Origin: Candidatus Saccharimonadota bacterium
GTDB lineage: Bacteria > Bacteroidota > Bacteroidia > Cytophagales > Amoebophilaceae
Assembly: GCF_965196625.1 (NCBI RefSeq)
Contig: NZ_OZ239769.1
Location: 300,001 to 332,000 of the forward strand
Length of the DNA stretch: 32,000 nt
Reading direction: 5' to 3'
Made by a program: the position numbers and the translations under genes. The notes under the pieces were generated by a model. The model made no database searches. It had not been told where the DNA came from and saw only the letters and a list, made by a program, of their open reading frames with translations. Below, piece by piece: positions 17,225 through 25,592 of the stretch; position 1 is the first letter of the stretch, and each line of letters begins with the position of its first letter.

Positions 17225-18634
17225 TTATTTTTCGCACGTATAGAAAGGGCTGTGCATCAATATGTTAACGACAGCTATATGATTGCCTTTTACTGCCAAA
17301 TGCAAGGGGGTATCTTTATTTTCATCTTGGGCATTTATAGCAATATTCGGTTGTGTCACTAATATTTTAACTACCGCTTCATGACCGCGATATGTTGCCA
17401 GGTGCAAGGGGGTTTTACCTTTATTGTTTTGGGCATTTAAATCAATAGTTGCGCAACGCACTAAGCGTTTCACTACACTTGGACGGCCGTAATATGCTGC
17501 TAGATGCAAAGGGGTATACCCATATTTATCCTTTGCATTTACATCACTGGTCTTTTTTAGTATCTCTTCTAAGAGGTTTGCATAACCTTTTCTTGCTACC
17601 AAATGCAGCGCTACTCTATCATACCTATCTTTGACATTTAAGTCAATAGTTCCGCAATGCACTAAGAATTCCGCTCCAGATACGTAGCCACGGTGTATGG
17701 ATCTATACAAGGGCGTATTGCCAGCTCCATCCTTTGCATTGATGTCAATCTGTTTTTTATACCTTAAAAGCGCTTTTAGAAAATCTAAACCACGATCTAC
17801 TGCCAAATGCACAGGTCGGGTGTCGTAATCATCTTTAGCATTTAAATCAATATTTGGCACTTGCACCAAGTAGTCAACGATATCTAAATGATCGCGACCT
17901 ATTGCCAGATGTAAGGCAGTATCCCCATGCATAGCACGTGCATTTACATCCGCTCCCTTATCTATTATAAATTGCACCACGACTTTATTGCTATAGGATA
18001 CTGCATGCATCAATAAAGTGCGGTTTTGTCTATCCTTTGCATTTATATTCAACCCTTTGGCAAGCCAATATTCTACTCTTTTTGTCGAAAAATCATTCGC
18101 TTTAAGGTCACGTAAGATCCGATCATCTAAGACCATAGCATGCTGTAATGTTACACGATCGTCTAGTTCCGCATCAGTAGCCCAGTCGGAAGACTTCCCA
18201 TCAGGAACGAAATCTGCTGGATCTCGGTTGATTGCATCTATAATAGCCTGTTCCTCCGTGAGGTTGATATAGGGAACAATACCTATAGGCTTTTCAGTTG
18301 GTATAAAAGGTAGACCAGTGGTTAACCCAGGGTCATTATTGATACGCGGATGCGTTGCATTGGATGGATTTTCAAAATAACTAGCAGGAATCCATCTTTT
18401 CATACCGTAACACAAAACAATGAAACTAAATCCGGTTACTACCCCACCAAACACAATTTTTATTGGACTCCAATTAGGCCATTTTTTTAGGACATCGGGC
18501 AGCCAGCCTTCTTTGCTTGGCTGATTGCATAAATCTCCACCTAATACTTGCCTTGTGTGTACACAAGCAGATAAGGTCTGTAAGCTTAATAGCCCAATGA
18601 ATAGAGCTACCCTATAGTGTGTATACTTTTTCAT
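17225..18634 (-). CDS. ankyrin-repeat protein with lipoprotein-type signal peptide and a second TM helix
   Basis: The N-terminus MKKYTHYRVALFIGLLSLQTLSAC has an LSAC lipobox, followed by the hydrophobic helix IKIVFGGVVTGFSFIVLCYGM. About 8-9 tandem ankyrin units follow (..G.TPLHLA...GH..VV..L......D.NA.D). Confidence 0.85.
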   Translation of the reverse strand: MKKYTHYRVALFIGLLSLQTLSACVHTRQVLGGDLCNQPSKEGWLPDVLKKWPNWSPIKIVFGGVVTGFSFIVLCYGMKRWIPASYFENPSNATHPRINNDPGLTTGLPFIPTEKPIGIVPYINLTEEQAIIDAINRDPADFVPDGKSSDWATDAELDDRVTLQHAMVLDDRILRDLKANDFSTKRVEYWLAKGLNINAKDRQNRTLLMHAVSYSNKVVVQFIIDKGADVNARAMHGDTALHLAIGRDHLDIVDYLVQVPNIDLNAKDDYDTRPVHLAVDRGLDFLKALLRYKKQIDINAKDGAGNTPLYRSIHRGYVSGAEFLVHCGTIDLNVKDRYDRVALHLVARKGYANLLEEILKKTSDVNAKDKYGYTPLHLAAYYGRPSVVKRLVRCATIDLNAQNNKGKTPLHLATYRGHEAVVKILVTQPNIAINAQDENKDTPLHLAVKGNHIAVVNILMHSPFYTCEK

Positions 18635-19085
18635 AGCATTTGATTTTTAATTGTAGGCTATAACCAACCAAAAAGCAGCATACGTTCAATGCACAAGTCT
18701 ATAATATTGCCTGCTCCGCTTCACTTAAATAAGGCAAAAAACCTTAGATATAATGGAACCGAAAAATCCTCTTAACCATTCATCCGGGTAAGCATAGTAA
18801 AAAATAAATATAATTCCAAATAAAATTGATTAAAATATAATACTTCATAGTAGGAAGATGCAGTGGCAGCTAAAATGCGGGCTTATGGGGATAACTTGTT
18901 AAGGTTACCGATCAAATGAATATTATGTTAACCAAGCATATTCATTAAATGGAGGTATAAAAAAGGATGTATCAGCTTAACTTTAACGACAGTAAGCTAC
19001 TGGGTGCAAACTAGAGCTGATATTAGCAACCGTAAAAAAATTAAGCATGTCTTCGCTAGTTATATTTTATCAAGAGATCCATTAG

Positions 19086-19888
19086 CTACTTGACGCGCTC
19101 GAACAAAAGAGCATGTATCTTTTGACACGCATGTAGAAGATTTTGATTTCCAGGCTTACTTAGAGTATTCAGGTTCTCATGTGCCAAACGAAGAGGAGTC
19201 TTTCCCTTCTTATCTTCCGCATTTAGGTCGATAGTGGCCACCTTTAAGAGCTCTTCTACCACTTCTAGGTGCCCCCCCTGCTACTGCCAAATGAAGAGGC
19301 GTTTTCCCCTCGTGATTCTTTGAGTTTACATGCACTCCTTTATGTTCCAGTAATCCCTTTACTACTTCGACAGAACCCTCTTCCGCTGCCAAATGCAGCG
19401 CAGTATTGCCTGATTTTGGATCTTTATCTTTAACTATTTAGCGTAGTGCTACACTCTTTCAATAAAGTCTTAGCTATTTCCGGTTGTTTACACTTAAGCG
19501 CTAGCAAAAGAGCAGGTAAAGCGTCTACTCCTCCTGTCTTATTAACATCAATCTGTGGCTGCCTAATTAAAAGCTGAACTATTGACTCAGAACCTTCCTT
19601 TATAGCCTTACCAAGTGCTGTAGTACCACCTGAGACCGAGTTTAAAAATATTGCCTTATTACCTTCTGTAAAATTATCAATGCGTTGTAAAATGACTTCT
19701 ACTGCCTCAACCTGACCCTTAGCTGCAACCTTATGCAAAGGAGCTAGTTCAGCACCCTCTATTCTGCTAGGCATCCTCTCCTGGTTAAAAGATTTATTTT
19801 TATTTCTCAAACAGTCACGAACAGTGAAAGCTTGTAAAACAAATAATAAAAATAAAGTTACAATAGCCCTAACGGTATGTGGCTTCAC
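19086..19888 (-). pseudogene. ankyrin-repeat protein gene broken by two frameshifts
   Basis: ORF 19430..19888 has a signal-peptide-like N-terminus plus degenerate ANK units. It continues in another frame as VKDKDPKSGNTALHLAAEEG... (ORF 19210..19392). After a G7 run (C7 at 19272..19278 on the + strand) it continues as HLEVVEELLKVATIDLNAEDKKGKTPLRLA... to the TAG at 19086..19088. Confidence 0.75.
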
Positions 19889-20218
19889 ATTAAACTGCTT
19901 TATGTTTTTTTATTGTTTTATACAAGCATATCATCAATTGCTAACTTCTGATTTTACGCTATAGCTATAAATATTTTTTAGCAGCTACTAAGGTTAGAAT
20001 CCCGCTCTAGCTTGCAACTTCTTTTATATATTTATATATTACAACAAAATTTAAAATAAACAAAATTTTATAAAATATTTGAGCTCTTTTAGAGCTAGAT
20101 TCCAACGCTTTGTATAATATAGCGAATCTATATACTTACCATAGCAAAACAGAAGCTATAAGGAAATTTTTAATATAAATCTTAATAGTCTATTGCAATG
20201 GCCTCATACTGGGTTTGC

Positions 20219-20596
20219 TTAAAACGAAAAGGAATTGATAAATTCCTTGACCTGCTTATGCAAAGCATGTTGATCAGAATCTTGCGATTTTTTAAGCAAA
20301 AACTTTAACAACCAATTGTATTTTTCCAAAAGAATTTTGTATTTCCGCTCAAGCTGAAACAGTTCTGCGCGGACATCATTTGGAAGTGCTTCATCTGACT
20401 TCATCTCAGGAAAATGTACAACAAAATTATAGTGTAGTACTGTGCCTAAGGTTAATATAAAATCATAGCTCAAATTTTGCTCCTTAAATCTGTTATAAAA
20501 TGTATTTCTACTGATACCCATTTTTCCAGCCAATACTGAAAGTGAGATACCACTTCTTCTGACTACATGTTCAATAATTGCTCCTCTGTGTTCCAT
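20219..20596 (-). CDS. HTH + C-terminal coiled-coil protein, paralogue 1 (short linker)
   Basis: The N-terminal block SGISLSVLAGKMGISRNTFYNRFKE...VLHYNF aligns with the proteins at 22451.. and 23287... The C-terminal heptad-like block is LFQLERKYKILLEKYNWLLKFLL. Confidence 0.6.
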   Translation of the reverse strand: MEHRGAIIEHVVRRSGISLSVLAGKMGISRNTFYNRFKEQNLSYDFILTLGTVLHYNFVVHFPEMKSDEALPNDVRAELFQLERKYKILLEKYNWLLKFLLKKSQDSDQHALHKQVKEFINSFSF

Positions 20597-20633
20597 CTGG
20601 TATTAGCAAATTAAAATAAATAATGCCTATTGA

Positions 20634-21275
20634 CTAGCAAATTCCTGACTTCTCCATAATTTTCAGAGTTTTTTGCTCTAAATTTTTGTTTCTATGATTG
20701 AGCCTACATTCACATTCTTTGAGATGAAGAAAAAATTTATCGTTAACTAGCCCATTAAATTTAGCCAGCCTTCTTTTTGCAAAACGCCAAAAAGACTCGA
20801 TACCATTCACATGGAATTTTCCCCTAGCGAATTCGTTCTTTGAATGATATACCCTGGAGTGTTCATATCTATTTAAAATAAGCCCGTCATAAGCTTTCCA
20901 TCCATCTGTATAAATGGTTGAACCCTCTAGGATTTTACCCTGAATAATAGAACTTAATGCTTCTTTTGAAGAATTTTTATAATGATACAAGCACCGTTTT
21001 TCTCATTTTAAAAGTCCACAAACAAGGGTTTTACCGGCTGCGTCTCTACCCCTTTTGCCTCTTACGCTATGCACAACCAAAATAGCACCCATCTATTTCA
21101 AAGATATCTAACTCTTTCTCAAGAATACAAAGAGAAGATTCAAAAATGTCCTCTCTAATATAGATTATAATACCTATTTATTGTATTACAATTTAGATTG
21201 AAAAGATCAACTGCAACACTTTCAGTTAAGTCCTTTAAAAAGACAGCTAATATTTTTCTTATTTTATAACTCATA
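20634..21275 (-). pseudogene. IS1595-family (ISXO2-like) transposase remnant
   Basis: ORF 20634..20990 carries the DDE-domain blocks IYTDGWKAYDGL and HVNGIESFW...KRRL..FNG. Upstream in the same orientation, GKRGRDAAGKTLVCGLLK is followed by an in-frame stop, and a degraded N-terminal part begins at about 21275. ORF 21415..21609 may be the decayed zinc-ribbon N-terminus (weak). Confidence 0.7.
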
Positions 21276-21605
21276 TTCTGCACCATTCTTATGCTCCTCG
21301 CCTATTTATCCTTTTAGGCTATTTTTTTTCAAGTCTTATTTTCCTAAACTGGGTTAGTTTATGCAATAATATATCGTTTCTTCTCTTCACTTTGTTCTTT
21401 TTATGCTTTTTTTTTCAAAGAGGGCATACCATTCCCCAGAACCCTATATTCCAATTTTTAAGCCATAAATAGCCATTTCTTTTGGTCCAAAAAAGGCTAC
21501 AGTCTGCTTGGTAACAGCTTTTAAGTTGATCACATACTGTGTGCCTATATCCTTCAAACTGAGGATGCAACTCTTGAATACCTTGAAATAAGCAACAAAC
21601 CCACA

Positions 21606-22056
21606 TCATAGCTGGTTTTTGAGTAGGTTGCTTAAGTTGATTAGGAATAGTAGTCTTATTCGGGCTGTTTTACGCAAAAAGTTAAATGCTGTCCCAATTT
21701 CAAAAGCAACTTCTGAAAAAAGCTTAGTAGGACCATAATCTGAAATGGCGTCTAGACAACGACCTAAAGTATCATCATTAAACATATCTGCTGTAACATC
21801 AGCCCTAAATAACTTATCAACTGGTTTCTTTACCAAGAACGCTGGGAACATATTAGAGGCGATCGTCCATAAACCCTAAGCCATTGAGTATCATGTCAGA
21901 TGCTCGTTCTCCCATGGCCAATTTAGCGCCTTTCTTTTCCGAAACTGGAAGACGCGCATCTATTTTTGAGACTAGGCCAATTTTATCTATTACACTGGAG
22001 AGCAGCCCTAAATGGTCTAACGTTAAGCTGCCTACGATTTGATCTGGTTGCAACAT
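21606..22056 (-). pseudogene. IS1634-like (DUF4277 + IS4-type) transposase 5' fragment with frameshift
   Basis: LDHLGLLSSVIDKIGLVSKID..LP......MGERASDMILNGLGFMDDRL then (frame change, one extra A near 21851) YMFPAFLVKKPV..L......MFNDDTLGRCLDAISDYGPTKLFSEVAF. This matches the N-terminal region of IS1634-family transposases. The catalytic part is missing. Confidence 0.65.
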
Positions 22057-22156
22057 CGGGAAACAGTACGGGATAAAAGAAAAAAATACAGCCCAAAAAT
22101 ATACAAAAAATTCAGTTAAAGCAAAATTAAAGGCTGGTGCGGAGTGTGGGACAAGC

Positions 22157-22328
22157 GATTACTGAATCGCCAAGTTTTTTATCGGCGGCCATTAGCGCTT
22201 TAACTTGACGCAATGGAAACAACCGCCCATTAAAATGATTTTTATTGGATAATCAATACAATATACCCATTAAGTTGACGCCATTATGTGAATGGAAAGC
22301 ATAGATTTTCCTTAAGTTGACGCCATTG
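22157..22328. repeat. composite intergenic repeat element E3 (inverted relative to E1/E2)
   Basis: It contains CCAAGTTTTTTATCGGCGGCCATTAGCGCTTTAACTTGACGCAATGGAAACAACCGCCCATTAAAATGAT. Two core copies follow: TTAAGTTGACGCCATT at 22270..22285 and TTAAGTTGACGCCATTG at 22312..22328. Confidence 0.8.
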
Positions 22329-22450
22329 GCTGAGCGCACACGCGCCTAGCGCATATGAACAGCCTATAAAAACAATTGTAATTACAATACATTAAGCCCC
22401 ACCATATGGGTAAGTAGATACCTTAAATACAAAGACTCTATATAAGCTGC

Positions 22451-22930
22451 TTAACTATTTTCATAATCATCTTCTTCACTTTCACTTTTTATAAATTCCA
22501 TTATCTCCTGCTTAATGCCCATTAATTCGTTATTATTAGCCAGAATGATTAAAATCTTTAAAAGTTTATTATAATCTTCCATTAGCCTTAAATATTTTTT
22601 ATTTAATGCTTGTAATTGAAGAAAATGTGGATCCCTGATCATAGAACTTGACTCATCCATATATTTATGCGAATCTTCTCTAGACTCATAACCAAGAGAC
22701 TCAAGATCACCTTTATTTTCATTGTTCCCATACAGCCCTGGAAATTCATTAGAAAAATCATAGTGTATAACCTTACCAATCTCTATAATAAACGAATTCT
22801 TTATTTCTGCTTCTTTCAACCTCATGTAAAGTGTATTACGGGCAATACCCAACCGCTTGGCCAATGCCTTCATTCGAAAACCACTCTTCTTAATGGCTTC
22901 TTCAACTATCTTTCCTTTATGTTTTTCCAT
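22451..22930 (-). CDS. HTH + C-terminal coiled-coil protein, paralogue 2
   Basis: MEKHKGKIVEEAIKKSGFRMKALAKRLGIARNTLYMRLKEAE...VIHYDF...FLQLQALNKKYLRLMEDYNKLLKIL, with an acidic tail. The internal ATG at 22930 is preferred over 22984, because the upstream 18 codons are hydrophobic junk that is conserved only at the DNA level. Confidence 0.6.
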   Translation of the reverse strand: MEKHKGKIVEEAIKKSGFRMKALAKRLGIARNTLYMRLKEAEIKNSFIIEIGKVIHYDFSNEFPGLYGNNENKGDLESLGYESREDSHKYMDESSSMIRDPHFLQLQALNKKYLRLMEDYNKLLKILIILANNNELMGIKQEIMEFIKSESEEDDYENS

Positions 22931-23286
22931 AACTGCAATATAAATGGATGCGAATAAAACAAAAAAGTAACTATACTTATTCAAGTATGTTAATATAATT
23001 GTTAACTACATGATCATATGTTGGACATATATTGATATATGTACTAAGATAATAAAATTGCAACTTACTAGGTTAGATTTTTTACTTTACAAAAATTGTA
23101 AGTGCTATAAAGAAAGAAGATTGCATGCTTTATTTAGCCAATCCTACTAAAACAAAGCGGTTAGCAGCAAATGTTTTACCATCAATTGCAGCAACCATAA
23201 GGACTTTCTATACGCTTTAAAAAAGAAATTGTGCATGCGCATCCTGCATGAGCCATAGATTTTTTAGAAGCTATATAAACGCTCAT

Positions 23287-23790
23287 TTATTTTTCTTTTC
23301 CCTTATCTTCTTTTTCCTCATTTTCTATGAATTCTATAATATCTTTCTTAATATCTGGTAACTCGTTACTGTTGGCCAAAAGCATTAAAATTTTCAAAAG
23401 CTTACGGTAATCTTCCATAAGCCTCAAATATTTCCCATTTAACTTTTGCAATTCAAGAAAGTATGGATTTTTATATTGAGCATTATAATGCGGCAGCTCA
23501 TTAGATGTGCCAGGCCCCTCAGATTTATCTAAATAAAGACGTTCAGGGCTATTTTCAAATTTGGCTGAAACTCTTTTATATACTTCCGGAAAATCCCTAG
23601 AAAAATCATAGTGTATGATGTTGCTAACACGTATAATAAACGAATCCTCTAACTCTGCTTCCTTCAGCCTGGTATAAAGCGTATTGCGCGCAATACCTAA
23701 CCTTTTAGCTACCGCCTTCATCTGGTACCCAGTTTTTTTAATAGCCTCCTCGACTATTTTCCCTTTATGTTTTTCTGCAAGTTGTTCCAT
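23287..23790 (-). CDS. HTH + C-terminal coiled-coil protein, paralogue 3
   Basis: Clearly homologous to paralogue 2 over the HTH and coiled-coil parts (many identical residues by eye; MEQLAEKHKGKIVEEAIKKTGYQMKAVAKRLGIARNTLYTRLKEAE...). The internal ATG at 23790 is preferred over 23832. Confidence 0.6.
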   Translation of the reverse strand: MEQLAEKHKGKIVEEAIKKTGYQMKAVAKRLGIARNTLYTRLKEAELEDSFIIRVSNIIHYDFSRDFPEVYKRVSAKFENSPERLYLDKSEGPGTSNELPHYNAQYKNPYFLELQKLNGKYLRLMEDYRKLLKILMLLANSNELPDIKKDIIEFIENEEKEDKGKEK

Positions 23791-23945
23791 GGGCGCAATA
23801 TAAGTAGCTAAGAAGTACGCAAAAAATACCATTCCTAATCAAAAATGTTGATGTAACTGTCAATAAAATGCGCATATGTTGTATCAATATTGTGAAATGT
23901 ACTTATAAAACAAACCTTGCTTGTTACAAAACAACCTTATCAGAA

Positions 23946-24420
23946 GCATTACCTTTATGGGTTTCCATCCATATCGAAAAGGTACCTGCCCCTGTAGCAG
24001 CTAGGTTAAGCACCATTTGCTTTAAATTTAGCCTACGGCCTTTGCAACAACCATGCATAATCTAAAATCATCTAGCATGCTTTCAGTTGAATCATATCGA
24101 ATAACTACCTTTAAATCTTTTATTGCTGTAAATCAAATAAATAAACACAGAACTGACGTTAACACAACAACCAATATAATATTTTACCTGATAATCAATA
24201 GATTATATAAATTAAACTGATGCCATTGGGTAAATAGATAGGTTAAAAACCTACAATAACTCATATAAAACCATGATTTAGCATTTGACACATTATGGTT
24301 ACAAACATCTTTAAACCAGCTATTTACTGGCCAATTATAGATACAGATCGTCTACACTGTTTTCCTAAAACACTTGATTTTAATTAAATTAGGCACCTTG
24401 GATGCTTAGTATTACGTTTA
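23946..24420. repeat. segmental duplicate A of non-coding block 28508..28990
   Basis: Near-identical by eye over about 470 bp, with a few substitutions. Copy B has an extra 11-bp tandem duplication (TCCATATCGAA x2) and a 6-bp indel near its right edge. Confidence 0.9.
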
Positions 24421-24758
24421 GAGCAAACTATTAATAGCCTGCTAGCAGCAATAGATCACTATTAGGAAAATTAGAGACCAATGGGGTGCTCCATTCAATT
24501 ATGCTGACTATTGGGACATATATGGCTACCCTGACTACTATTCGGATTACTCTGATTATTGCGCTATATACACCCACCCTGATCATTATATAGAAGCACT
24601 AGCTGATTATTTGGTGCGTCACAATAAATGCAATAGTGCGCTGCCTGAACATGATAGTATCTCTAAGGAGCATGCTATCATTCGCATCAAACCACATCTA
24701 TCTCCTTCTGGCTATGCGCAATGGGTAGCCATCTGCTGGGATTATTATTATGTCTGAA
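24421..24758 (+). pseudogene. internal fragment of a paralogue of the unknown gene at 30638..31822
   Basis: GAGCAAACTATTAATAGCCTGCTAGCAGCAATAGATCAC... aligns with 31186..31508, with small indels (a 3-nt deletion and frame-breaking changes near 24460-24480). There is no start and no 3' end. Confidence 0.85.
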
Positions 24759-25592
24759 AAGATAAAGATAAAAATACAGCTGTGCTTGTTATTACCTTAT
24801 TGATACATCTCCTGGTTATGATAATGGAAAAGCCTATTATAGTTGAGTGGGGACATCCATATAGGTTTTTGTTTCATGATTTCTGACGTACATGGAAAGC
24901 TATTCAGAAGTAATATTACATTATGCTAATGTAACTAATGTTTGTGATTTATTTCCGCTATTTTAAAATAGGCGCATTATATAGCGTAATGTGTTGATTT
25001 CTCCAGGAGAATGAGGGGCATTCGATGTTTGTAAGTCTTATAGGTTTTTTTTCTTCTTTTAGGTTAGATTTGCCTAATCTATATCTACTATACCTCGAGG
25101 TCATCCCTAGCGCCACTTAATCTTGACTTAGAGACTTAATAGTAAGATAGAGATTAAGATGCTTTTTTACAGTTTATCACTTAAAAAATGTTATCTTTAA
25201 TTATAACAAGTATAACTACTTTTTTAAATAGTTTTTATCCTATAAGGAGCTCTTCGGCTCTTTTAAGGTGGTAGCGCATTAGTAATATTAATTCTATTGT
25301 AGCGGAAGATGGTATAATAAGAAGCGTATTGGGTTGCATCCTCTTTTACACATGCTTTATGCTTACCTTAAGAAGGCAATGTTGTTACCTTATAGGGGTG
25401 AAATGCTGGTAAACAAGAAAGCATAATGTCTAGCATTATGCTATAATGTATTTAGTTAGTATAGCATAATACTGAGTCTCTTTAATTAGTAAAATTTATT
25501 GATATGAAGGTTCGTTTTAGTCTTGTAGTGTCTGCTTTATTATATTTTTTACACTAAGCTTAGGTGGATGTAATACGTTTAAAGGTACTTAT

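Noticed and set aside
21415-21609. 64-aa Cys/Trp-rich ORF as an independent gene.
   Set aside because: More likely the decayed zinc-ribbon N-terminal part of the IS1595-like pseudogene. The similarity is weak, so it is not called separately.
23868-24065. 65-aa ORF on the plus strand.
   Set aside because: Its 3' two-thirds lie in the duplicated non-coding block. In copy B the corresponding frame has a different upstream sequence and an 11-bp duplication, so the ORF is not conserved between copies.
24918-25480. Recurrent ATTATGCTA(TA)ATGTA motif (24918-24935, 25443-25460, inverted at about 25470) and an 8-bp-stem hairpin GCATAATG/CATTATGC at 25431-25451, upstream of the peptidase gene.
   Set aside because: These are short AT-rich matches with no extended similarity around them. 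They could be chance or a weak operator, and I cannot support a feature call.
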